From contig OX597817.1 in the NCBI GenBank assembly GCA_951406725.2, positions 28,396,001 through 28,460,000 on the forward strand: a stretch of 64,000 bases of DNA, written 5' to 3'. The notes under the pieces were generated by a model. That model saw only the letters and a program-made list of their open reading frames with translations, was not told the DNA's origin and searched no databases. Shown here one piece after another: positions 13,325 through 24,939 of this stretch. Numbering within the stretch: position 1 is the first letter of the stretch; each line of letters starts with the position of its first letter. Position numbers and translations under genes: made by a program. This stretch comes from Octopus vulgaris (lineage: Eukaryota).

Positions 13325-13560
13325 GGAGGTACGTGGCTTAGTGGTTAGGGTGTCAGCATCATGAGCGTAAGATTGTGGTTTCGATTCCTGGACCGGGCGA
13401 CGCGTTGTGTCCTTGAGCAAGACACTTCATTTCACGTTGCTCCAGTTAACTCAGCTAGCAAAATGAGTAACGATGTGATGGACTGGGGTCCCGTCCAGCT
13501 GGGGAACACATACGCCATTGAAACCGGGAAACCGGGCCCATGAGCCTGGCTAAGCTTTAA
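13325..13560 (+). mobile_element. SINE family C variant with a different 3' tail
   Basis: Same head and CORE-like block, then GATGGACTGGGGTCCCGTCCAGCTGGGG tail. Confidence 0.82.
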
Positions 13561-13571
13561 AAGGGCGCATT

Positions 13572-13602
<31 letters not shown>

Positions 13603-13814
13603 GTGTATGCGGGTGTGTGTGTGTGTGTTTCAGTAAGAGTGAGTTCAACAAAAATCATTTAGTTTCGTTCGGGGATATATCAAGGACTATGATGTTGGGT
13701 ACTAAGTATTTTCTATATTGAATCATTTACTATTTTCCTTTTTCTTATTTCGGTTTCATTATCATTATAATCATCATGAGTGCGAGCGCGCACGCACACA
13801 CACATACACACATA

Positions 13815-14395
13815 TTCTTTTCTACTCTAGGCACAAGGCCCGACATTTTTGGGGAGGGAACTAGTCGATTAGATCGACCCCAGTACGCAACTAGTACTTA
13901 ATTTATCGACCCCGAAAGGATGAATGGCAAAGTCGACCTCGGTGGAATTCGAACTCACAACGTAACGACAGAAGAAATACCTATTTCTTTACTATCCACA
14001 CGGGGTTAAACACAGAGAGGACAAACAAGGACAGACAAACGGATTAAGTCGATTAGTTCGACCCCAGTGCGTAACTGGTACTTATTTAATTGACTCCGAA
14101 AGGATGAAAGGCAAGTCGACCTCGGCGGAATTTGAACTCACAACGTAACGGCAGACGAAATACCTATTTCTTTACTATCCACACGGGGCTAAACACAGAG
14201 AGGACAAACAAGGACAGACAAACGAATTAAGTCGATTATATCGACACCAGTGCGTAACTGGTACTTATTTAATTGACTCCGAAAGGATGAAAGGCAAAGT
14301 CGACCTCGGCGGAATTTGAACTCAGAACGTAGCGGCAGACGAAATACCGCTAAGCATTTCGCCCGGCCTGCTAATGATTCGGCCAGCTCGCTGCC

Positions 14396-14396
<1 letters not shown>
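13815..14396 (-). mobile_element. SINE family B trimer (two tail-1 units upstream of one tail-2 unit)
   Basis: Junctions GAAATAC|CTATTTC at about 13980 and 14163 on the plus strand. Confidence 0.9.
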
Positions 14397-14433
<37 letters not shown>

Positions 14434-14496
14434 TGCATTATCCATCAGTCCATTTTCAATTCAGTTTTATTGTAGTGGTGGTTTATTCTTTATTCA

Positions 14497-14582
<86 letters not shown>

Positions 14583-14932
14583 ACTTGCTGTCTGTCTGTC
14601 TGCCCATCCACTCATCCTTCAGCATCTTTCCATCAGTTTATCTATTAAGTCTTGTTTTCAGTTCTAGCCTGTTCCTTATTTCTTCATCTTTATCATAATC
14701 GTCATCAGTACAAATACGAGACAAAACGCTTATTGTGGAACTCAGTGTTTTAACAACACATGTTCATACTTAGCATTAACACTTTGAATATCTTATACTA
14801 ACTGATTCTACCATGATTTTCACAATAAAAACCCGATTTTACTCGAAAACACAGACACACCCCCACATGTACATATATACGTATGTACATACACATACAT
14901 CCGATGTATATATGTATGTGTGCGCGCGTTTG

Positions 14933-14988
<56 letters not shown>

Positions 14989-15054
14989 AATAAATTTTTT
15001 TCAGAATGAGATAAAACAAGGCTGTGAAGATTTTAGAACATTTATAAATAGAAG

Positions 15055-15102
15055 GTCTTACAGCTGTTTCTAGGATATTTATTATATCCCTTCATCGGAG
15101 AC
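15055..15102 (-). ncRNA. Minimal type I hammerhead-like ribozyme, CCGAUGA core variant
   Basis: Minus strand GTCT CCGATGA AG GGATAT AATAA ATATCC TA GAAA CAGCTG TA AGAC: stem I, stem II, palindromic stem III. Confidence 0.65.
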
Positions 15103-15568
15103 GGTGTGAGAAGATGGTTAAGCAATAGTTATTTTAGATAAGATATGAAATAGAGAGTGAAGTGGAGGAATGAAAATAGATGTGAGATATGCAGGGGATA
15201 TTGCATTTGTTGATCCATTATTACCGAACCTGGAGCTTAACTACGGTCTGTCCATAGCACTTACTCAGCATTACCTGACACCTTTGGGTCTTATTGACAC
15301 CATTACCTATCGCTAGCGACTACACATTCTTTGTTTTCTCTCCTTGTTTCTTTCTGTGTTCCTTTCTGTGGAAAGGAGCGTAGATTCGAAACGTTAAAAA
15401 CCTTTTCACTTCCCGAGCGTTATACTAATACATCTGTTTGTTGTCTACACCACCTGTCTTCATCTTTTGTTTTTTTGTGAATTCTCCCTATATATATATA
15501 TATTACACGTATGTGTGTGTATAACAATATATATACTTTATTTAAAGCAGCAGAAAATTCAACAAAAC

Positions 15569-15606
15569 CTGTTACTCTGAGTTTCACGTTCCCGTTCGTC
15601 GGACAG
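15569..15606 (-). ncRNA. Minimal type I hammerhead-like ribozyme, CCGACGA core variant
   Basis: Minus strand CTGT CCGACGA ACG GGAA CGT GAAA CTCAGAG TA ACAG. Confidence 0.65.
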
Positions 15607-15659
15607 TTTTTGCTATATATATATACATATAATATATATATGTGTGTGTGTGTATAACA

Positions 15660-15713
<54 letters not shown>

Positions 15714-16276
15714 ATGTGTGTGTGTATGTGTGGATATATAGCAGGATATATATATATATATAATCAGCATATTGACTTACTAGAGCGGTACATGATTTAA
15801 CCGAAGCTTGATAAATACGTAAATTAATAAGTAAACATACAAATGTTGTGTGTATGTGTTTGTGTGCGCGAGCATGTTTTTATGTAACTTCAGTTAAATC
15901 TTTTGCTTTTTATGTTTATCTTTATATCTCAATATGCTAGTGCAAAGTCTAGAATTTAATTGAATTAGCTACCAGCGAAAATATTAATATAATGCAAATT
16001 GGAATTTCCAATTCCTGGTTCTACCATATTTATTGAGTTTATGAGGCCATTAGTTGCGAATTTGAAGAATATAAGGTTTAGACTGTCTCTTGAGAAAGAC
16101 CCCCAATTAGGGTGGAAAAATCGAATCGGTGCATTTAGCTATTTTTTCTTCTTTTTTTTTTTTTGTCATCGAAGAAATTCATAAAAATTCATTAAAAAAA
16201 TATATGTCCATGTACATGTACGCAACTGCGGTGATATCTTGCTCTTTCTCTGCATATGTACCTATTTGTCTAATGT

Positions 16277-16342
16277 AGTGGTTCCCAACCTGGGGTCCGC
16301 GGACCCCTAATAATCCGCAAAGGTAGTACTGGGGGTCCGTGA
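16277..16342 (+). mobile_element. hAT (Charlie-like) terminal fragment
   Basis: AGTGGTTCCCAACCTGGGGTCCGCGGACCCC resembles CAGTGGTTCCCAACC termini; other end not found. Confidence 0.45.
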
Positions 16343-16773
16343 ACTAAATTCAAATAGAAAAGAAAGGACGTTACGTAGAATGATGAAAGCAAAACAATGG
16401 TGTTGCCATAGTGTGCAAACCAGCTGGGAAAAGTTTTATCAAAATCGATTCACAGAAAACCGAGAAATCCTAAATTTCACTCCTAAGCTATTAGTGTGGT
16501 TTTGGGTGTATATATGCACGCACAAGCATATGCTTCGCAACTATTTTGTACCGAGTTCGATCTCACTTTGTGGTACCTGTGACAAGTGTCTTTGTTATAA
16601 CCTTTGGTTGATCCCACTAAGGTTCTTGAAGGAATTTACGGAAACCCGCTTGATAAGTTGTACCAGGAATTCACATCATCGTCCTTATCATAGTTACGCT
16701 GATTCTATTCATTTGTACACATACACACACACAACACACACGCACACATATATGTATTAATATGAATATTTGG

Positions 16774-16960
16774 TGGAGGCGCATGGCTTAGTGGTTAGGG
16801 GTGTTGAACTCATGGTCGTAAGATTGTAGATTTTATCGCAGGACTGGGCGATGCGTTATTTTCTCGAAGAAAACACTTCATTTCACGTTGCTCGGTCCAC
16901 TCAGCCGGCAAAAATAAATAATTCTGTGACGGACAGGTGTCCAGTCAAATAGGGAAATAC
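16774..16960 (+). mobile_element. SINE family C, diverged
   Basis: GGAGGCGCATGGCTTAGTGGTTAGGG...ACACTTCATTTCACGTTGCTC. Confidence 0.75.
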
Positions 16961-16989
16961 ATACGTCACAAAATCCTACAAACCGACAA

Positions 16990-17160
16990 GCATAGGAGTG
17001 GCTGTAAGTAGCTTGGTTACCAACCACATGGTTCCGAGTTCAGTCCCACTGCGTGACACCTTGGGCAAATGTCTTCTATTAGAGCCTCGGGCCGACCAAA
17101 GCCTTGTGAGTGGATTTGGTATAAGGAAACTGAAAGAAGCCCGATGTATATATGTATATG

Positions 17161-17193
<33 letters not shown>

Positions 17194-17365
17194 CAGTGTT
17201 TGACCCCCCCAACATCGCTTGACAACCGATGCTGGTGTGTTTACGTCTCCGTAACTTAGCGGTTCGGCAAAAAAGACCGATAGAATAAGTACTAGGCATC
17301 CAGAGAATAAGTCCTGGGGTCGATTTGCTCGACTAAAGGCGGTGCTCCAGCAAAAGTAAAAGAGT
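16990..17365 (+). mobile_element. SINE family A
   Basis: Co-linear with 11878. Confidence 0.88.
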
Positions 17366-17408
17366 AAACCGGCCTTCGATTGGAGACCTTTCATCCTTTT
17401 TCTTTTTT

Positions 17409-17444
<36 letters not shown>

Positions 17445-17448
<4 letters not shown>

Positions 17449-17765
17449 CGCATAGCATAGTGGTTAGCGGTATACGGATCACGATCTTGATGTTGTGAGT
17501 TCGATTCCCGGCGATGCATTGCGTCCTTGAGCAAGACACTTTATTTCACGTTGCTCCAACACACTCAGCTGACCAAAATGACTAGTTACTGCATTTCAAA
17601 GGACCATACATCACATCCTGTGTCACAATGAATCTCCCTGAGAACTGTGTTATGGATACGCGGGTCTGTTGAGCGCTCAGCCACTTACTCGTTAATTACA
17701 CGAACAGCTTGTTCCGTTGATCGGATTAACTGGGGCCCTCGTCGTCGTAATCGACGGAGTGCCAT
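17445..17765 (+). mobile_element. SINE family C
   Basis: Co-linear with 12921. Confidence 0.85.
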
Positions 17766-17876
17766 TTGTGTGTGCGCGTGTGTGTGTGTGTGTGTTCGCT
17801 CATGCATGTATGAATGGATGGCTGTATACTCAGAAATCGCGTAAGATCCATATGTTAAAAACAATACACGTAAATA

Positions 17877-18356
17877 CAGTAAATCCTCGAGTATAATCCG
17901 CATCTTTTTCCCAAAATTTAAAGGTCAAAATCCCTAGTGCGTATTATACACGAGGTTAAAAATGAAAATTATTTTCTAAGCATTGTTCAAGTTTCTATTT
18001 GCTGACCGGCAATGTTTATTCAGACGCATTTTGTGATGTCGGGTGCGAAAATAGCTTAAATCATCCATAACTTGCAGTAAGCAACATTTTTTAAACGTTA
18101 TTATTGTTATTTCTTTATTTTCTGCAAATAAAATTCACAAAAATGCTACACGTTTGCATTATGTTATATATACAATAATAATAAAGTACGTTACCGTATA
18201 CATTTTTACTAACCAAGGACGTTATTTGGACCTCCTTAACTCAAGTTAGAGAAGAGGTGCGTATTATACACAAGGTTTATGTTTTTCAGAGGTACAGCCC
18301 CCTAAAAATCCCCTGCGTATTATACTCAAGGGTGGACTATACTCGAGGATTTACGG
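17877..18356. mobile_element. Tc1/mariner-pogo type MITE
   Basis: TA|CAGTAAATCCTCGAGTATAATCC ... GGACTATACTCGAGGATTTACGG|TA: TIRs with TA TSD. Confidence 0.85.
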
Positions 18357-18566
18357 TATATGTCATATTTGCTGGCCAGCCAAAATTTGAAACCAATGTA
18401 TGTAATAAAGTGAAATGTGGTCTAACATATAAATAAGTATCCATATAGATATGCACTAACACTAATTATACATCTACTCCACTGCTTTCAATGTTAGAGG
18501 GTGTGTAATTTTATATACGTAAATATTCATTTGTGCTTTATACGCATATGGATTATTTGATTAGAG

Positions 18567-18653
<87 letters not shown>

Positions 18654-18658
<5 letters not shown>

Positions 18659-18860
18659 GTGGGGTGGTGAAAAGTTCATGCTCTGAGAGTATCGCAAAAG
18701 GCTTTGCTGGATACCCAACCTTCGGAGTTCTTTTACAGGGCTTAGAAAAACTGAAGGACCCCTGCAATAAGTGTGTAAATCTGAGAAGGGAATATGTTGA
18801 ATAAAATCATAATTAACTGTAGTTTCTTTTACCGAAAGCCAGGAACATTTCAGCACCACA
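18654..18860. mobile_element. Short mariner-derived MITE (second copy at 59838-60045)
   Basis: TIR-like GGTGGTGAAAAGTTC / GAACATTTCAGCACC; internal GGGCTTAGAAAAACTGAAGGA shared with the second copy. Confidence 0.7.
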
Positions 18861-18889
18861 CACACACACACACATTCACATAGATAGAC

Positions 18890-18950
<61 letters not shown>

Positions 18951-19201
18951 TCTTTTACTTGTTTCAGTTATTAGACTGAGGCCATGTTGATGCGCCACCC
19001 TTAAGAAATTTAGTCGAACGAATCAACACAAGTACCTCTTGTTTAAGCTGGGTACCTATTCTGTCGGTCATTTTGCCGGACCATTACGTTATGGAGAAGG
19101 AAACACACCAGGTTATCAATCGGTGGGTGGGTGGGGGACAAACATACACATACATACAAATACCATATATATATATAATATATATATTATATTATATTAT
19201 A

Positions 19202-19255
<54 letters not shown>

Positions 19256-19405
19256 TCTTCTTTCAGTCTGTTTACCAAATTAACTCAAGGCTTTGGTCAG
19301 CCCGCGACTATAGTAGAAGACACGAGCCCAAGGTGCCACGCAGTGGGACTGAACCTCGGAACCATGTGGTTGGTAAGCAAACTCCTAACCACAGAGTCAC
19401 ACCTC
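18951..19405 (-). mobile_element. SINE family A, diverged
   Basis: Homology to other copies. Confidence 0.8.
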
Positions 19406-20135
19406 CATAGATGTGTGTGTGTGTACTTTTATGATGTATATATATATAGTTGTATATATATAATTTTATGGTGTTTAAAAAAAATTCATTTCTAAACGAC
19501 AACCAAAAGCGTTATTTTCCCTTTCTTTTCGTGGTTTGTTATTAATTTGGGTTAGTAAATATGAGACAGAACGTGTATTTTTGAGTGTACAGCGTCACTC
19601 TGTTCTTTGAGATGTCACAGGACAACTTTTTGTACTTTCGCTATTATTCAGAGAAAGTATTTCTATTGAGAGATGATTAAATAAAAACCACTAAAGGCAA
19701 TCAACTCGACTGTACCCACCCCATGCTAACAGCGATATAAACACAAAACAGATGTGTTCTAAATGGTGAGACATATAATGTCTCACTTAACGTTTTAAAC
19801 GTTGAAAAGAAAACAGTTTTCAGCACATTTACTCGCACGCATAATCTTACTCCGTTGGTCTCCCTTCTTCCATATGTTGTCTCTTTCTATGTCTTACACT
19901 TGCCCTTTATCTCTCGCTGACACTCGCACGAACATACACACACATATAAGCAATCGTTTATAATGAATAATATCGAACTTGTCTCACAAGTTTATAGTAT
20001 AGAATTAGTCAAATATTCGCAATGACTTAATATAAATAAAATATTATATATCTAGAAAAGAAAATATTGTTTTGACATAACTCAAGGCAAGCGAGAAAAG
20101 CGATAGCCAGTATTGTTCAAGAACCAGTTTTATTC

Positions 20136-21110
20136 CGAGCTGGCAGAAACGTTAGCACGCCGGGCGAAATGCTTAGCGGTATTTCGCCTGCCGTTCGTTA
20201 CGTTCTGAGTTCAAATTCCGCCGAGGTCGACTTTGCCTTTCATCCTTTCGGGGACGATAAATTAAGTACCAGTTAAGCACTGGGGTCGATATAATCGACT
20301 TAATACCTATGTCTGTCCATGTTTGTCCCCCTCTGTGTTTAGCCCCTTGTGGGTAATAAAGAAATAGGTATTTCGCCTGCCGTTACGTTCTGAGTTCAAA
20401 TTCCGCCGAGGTCGACTTTGCCTTTCATCCTTTCGGGGTCGATAAATTAAGTACCAGTTACGCACTGGGGTTCGATGTAATCGACTTAATACCTATGTCT
20501 GTCCTTGTTTGTCCCCCTCTGTGTTTAGCCCCTTGTGGGTAATAAAGAAATAGGTATTTCGCCTGCCGTTACGTTCTGAGTTCAAATTCCGCCGAGGTCG
20601 ACTTTGCCTTTCATCCTTTCGGGGTCGATAAATTAAGTACCAGTTACGCACTGGGGTTCGATGTAATCGACTTAATACCTATGTCTGTCCTTGTTTGTCC
20701 CCTCTGTGTTTAGCCCCTTGTGGGTAATAAAGAAATAGGTATTTCGCCTGCCGTTACGTTGTGAGTTCAAATTCCGCCGAGGTCGACTTTGCCTTTCATC
20801 CTTTCGGGGTCGATAAATTAAGTACCAGTTACGCACTGGGGTTCGATGTAATCGACTTAATACCTATGTCTGTCCTTGTTTGTCCCCTCTGTGTTTAGCC
20901 CCTTGTGGGTAATAAAGAAATAGGTATTTCGCCTGCCGTTACGTTGTGAGTTCAAATTCTGCCGAGGTCGACTTTGCCTTTCATCCTTTCGGGGTCGATA
21001 AATTAAGTACCAGTTACGCACTGGGGTCGATGTAATCGACTTAATACCTATGTCTATCCTTGTTTGTCCCCTCTATGTTTAGCCCCTTGTGGGTAATAAA
21101 GAAATAGGTA
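20136..21110 (+). mobile_element. SINE family B pentamer (one head, then 185-186 bp units)
   Basis: Units start at 20368, 20554, 20739 and 20924, all at GAAATAG|GTATTTCG. Confidence 0.95.
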
Positions 21111-21488
21111 AGAAATACAAGATCGATTCTGGAAAGATTTGACTTGACAATAAATGAGACTCGGAAAAGCCTCCGAGTTCTGATTCTCTGCTGACTGCTG
21201 ATGTTAGCATCTCCAACACAACACCTCCCACTCATGTACTTACTGCTGGCCCGGAAAAACAAATTTGACAACAAATATGCGAGACAAATTGTTGCGGTTA
21301 ACCGCCTCAACCTTTAGCTAACTGTTATTGCTTAAAACACTCCCGCTGTCTCTAGTCGCTTTGCACACACAGCACACAGACACAAACTACTGCACAAACA
21401 ATCACACACACACTAGTATGTTCAGTAGTTCAAATCTTAGCTTCGAAAAATATAAAGCTAAAATCATAACATAAAAAAAGGAAACCGC

Positions 21489-21536
<48 letters not shown>

Positions 21537-21892
21537 TTATATATCTCATTATGTGTGTGTGTGTGTGTTCAAGATGACGGTAATAGCGAACCTGGCGAAC
21601 TGGTAACTTTAACCTCTGGTGCTAAAAGCTTTCAGCTTGTAAGTGCACCCCTTCTTCAAATAACATGCTATATCCGCGATAGGATATCAATCAAAGGAAA
21701 ACGGTCTCCATTCTAACTAGTATTCATTCATATTATTTGCTTTGTCTTTAGTTTTTATTAATAACAGTTTGTTTTTTTGTTTTCTTTGCCTTTTCTTTTT
21801 CTTTTTGTTGCATGCGCTTTCGATTTCTGTCAATTTTCGTCTCTTCTTTCTGTCTTTCCGTATCTTTTATTTCTCGCACACCACCTCTCTAT

Positions 21893-21894
<2 letters not shown>

Positions 21895-21931
<37 letters not shown>

Positions 21932-22190
21932 TCTCTCTCCACCTTCTCTCTTTCATATCTTTCTCTCCCTCTCTTCCTCTCTCTCCACCTTCTCTCTTTC
22001 ATATCTTTCTCTCCCTCTCTTCCTCTCTATCTCTCCACCTTCTCTTATTCGTATCTTTCTCTCCCTCTCTTCCTCTCTCTCTCTCTCTCCACCTTCTCTT
22101 ATTCATATCTTTCTCTCCCTCTCTTCCTCTCTCTCTCTCCACCTTCTCTTATTCATATCTTTCTCTCCCTCTCTTCCTCTCTCCTTCTCT
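21895..22190. repeat. CT-rich minisatellite, about 5 units of about 55 bp
   Basis: CTCTCCACCTTCTCTTATTCATATCTTTCTCTCCCTCTCTTCCT repeated. Confidence 0.9.
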
Positions 22191-22901
22191 CTCCCCTTGC
22201 GATTATTCTCCACCTGTTTGCCTATTCATTCTGTTAATCATTCTTTCACTCTGTCACTTCGTTTAACTTTCTCTCTTTCTGTTCCTTTCTTTCTTCCCAC
22301 CCCTCTCTCTTTCTCTTTCTTTCTTTCTTTCTTTCCCTCTCTCTCTCTCTCTCTCTGCACCTATAAATTCCCAAATCTTCCACCCTCTCAATTCAGCATT
22401 AAATTCCCCCCCCCCCAACTCTCTTTTTCCTACTTTCATTATATTTCTCCCTTTCTCTTTCTCCTTTACTCAATCTCTACCTCTTCCTCTCATTCTCTCT
22501 CGCCTTCGATTTATTTTCTTTATTCTCTTATTCTTCACATTCTGGTATTCTTTTATCCCTCAACCCTCTAAATTTTCTCACTGTCGCTTCCTTTCGGTTT
22601 CTCCTTTCCTCTAAAGTCTTCCTCACACTCTCCCCATCATATCCTTATTTTACACGATTTCTTCTTCTCTACCTCTTCTTCCATTTTCTCTTTCTATTAT
22701 TCCCTCTCAACTTCGTTTTGTTTTTCTCCTACCATTTCCTTCTTCTTCTCCTCTCCTCCCCTTTTCTTGTATGCTTTTCTCTCTCTCTCTCTCTCTCTCT
22801 CTTTATCTTTATATTTTCTAATGCCTTTCGCTTTCTCTTCAACTTCCCTAACTTAACATTGCTTTTTCACCCATTGTGACTCAATTACATGACGTACGTC
22901 A

Positions 22902-22985
<84 letters not shown>

Positions 22986-23206
22986 AGGATATGTTTATAT
23001 ACATAATATACGCATATATAGTCACACACACACATATACATAGTAATAAACATACACATATGTGTGTGTGTATATACATATATATATAAGTAAATATACA
23101 GATGTATATATATATATATAGTTAAGGATATATGTTTATATACATATATACGCATATATAGTCACACACACATATACATAGTAATAAACATACACACATA
23201 TGTATG

Positions 23207-23242
<36 letters not shown>

Positions 23243-23783
23243 CATATACATGTAAATATATATATACATATACATGTAAATATATATATATATATATGTA
23301 TATTTATATATATATGTATGTATATTTATATATATATGTATGTATATTTACATATACATGTATATATATATTGTATATATATACATATTCATGCGCGAGT
23401 ATACGGGAATACACGCAGGCACGTGTGTAAATTGTATATAATGTACTTTATCTGTGTACATCTCTATATATATATATATATATATACATATATATATGTA
23501 TAAAATCGTGTGTGTGTGGGTGTAATATAGATTCGTTCTTTCCCTCTATTCCTTCATTTTCTCAACTATCGCTTCATGCACTTTCTTGTTGGCTCGCATT
23601 ACACGATCATTTTTATTTTCTATAATGGCATTTTAGCGCTACACATATAGTCAAAACACTTTACCACACGCATTTTCTCATTTCCCTATACGCCTCCATT
23701 CTATCTTCGTTTCGTTCCTAACTCGCACACTTTTATCTCGCTAAGTGCATAGACACAAACAAACGCGTGATCTGGAAAGCACG

Positions 23784-24367
23784 TGTAGTGGATGCGTGGA
23801 TGTATTAATAAATACATAAGTGCTTTGTAATAAATTAAAGATTTATTATCACTACATCAATTTGTAAGCAATGTTACACATCGCTTGTACAAAATGCATA
23901 TTAAATAGTGGTTGCAAATAATACATATTAAAGGAATGCATAATACAGGATACACATTAAAGCAGAATATGTTTGATGGTGTGTGTGTGTGCGTGTGTGT
24001 AAATCATGCATGACAGAGTCACCTTTCTGAATATTCTTTCGTCGTTCTCATAAATGCGTGACGTTCTCTTCAACGTTGATTCGGGTTCTCTCCAGATACC
24101 TATTTCTCCGTTCTATTTATAACATCTCAAATAGCCAGAAAAATAGATATACCGCAAGAGAGTTATCATTAAAGTAGGTCGCTGGTCGTCCTGTTAAACT
24201 TCGCCTGACCTGCTCGGGTCAGAGGTCGAAGGGAGACGATCCATCATTTTTTGTCAGAACAAAGAGATTCTGATTTCGCGCCTTTTTGTGCATTGGTATT
24301 TTACGACCAATGATTCTTGGGTCTGATTTCGAATCCAAGCTTTGAGAAGGAAGTGCTAATTCTTACA
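23784..24367 (-). repeat. 3' LTR (584 bp)
   Basis: Starts TGTAAGA right after PPT AGAAGGGGGTAG; TATAAATAG near 24114-24122; AATAAA near 23842-23847; ends CCACTACA. Confidence 0.88.
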
Positions 24368-24379
24368 CTACCCCCTTCT
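24368..24379 (-). promoter_or_regulatory. Polypurine tract
   Basis: AGAAGGGGGTAG immediately upstream of the 3' LTR. Confidence 0.85.
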
Positions 24380-24939
24380 AGTGAGAAAGCCACAGAGATC
24401 GAACGATATTGGAAATGTATTATTATTATTATTTTATTATTATTATTTTTTTTTTTTGATTGTGTGCATGTAGAAAAAAAAATTTTTTTACACATTGAAC
24501 GATAAAAATATGCATGAAAGGTTTACAATTTGTGTGTGCTATATGGTGGGCAATATGTATATGTGCCCAGGCAGAATTATGTTGGCGCGTTGAAAGAGAT
24601 GTGCGTCTATTGATTACTCGACCTACTAGAGGTCTAATAGAGGCAAGGTGTCTTTCAGTGGCGAAAAAATATCGAGTGATAGCACGCATGAGAACAAGAT
24701 TTGTAAATGTGTGTGGATATACAGTTAGCAAAAAAAATATATTTATGAGAAAGCAAACATTTTGAAGAGAAAACAAAAAATATGTACATGCAAAAATGAA
24801 AGAAATGTTCATCGGCAAAGTTCGATTTTGAAATGTTCCGTAAAAGTTCATACAGACAGTTTTTGTTTTCATTTTTTTTTTCTTTACGTACACAAATGTT
24901 CTTTGATTTCTCTGGGTGGGTGATGCAGTTATGTGTTCA

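Noticed and set aside
20136-21110. CRISPR-like or ribozyme-containing array
   Set aside because: Units are near-identical SINE bodies with no spacers and no CUGANGA on either strand
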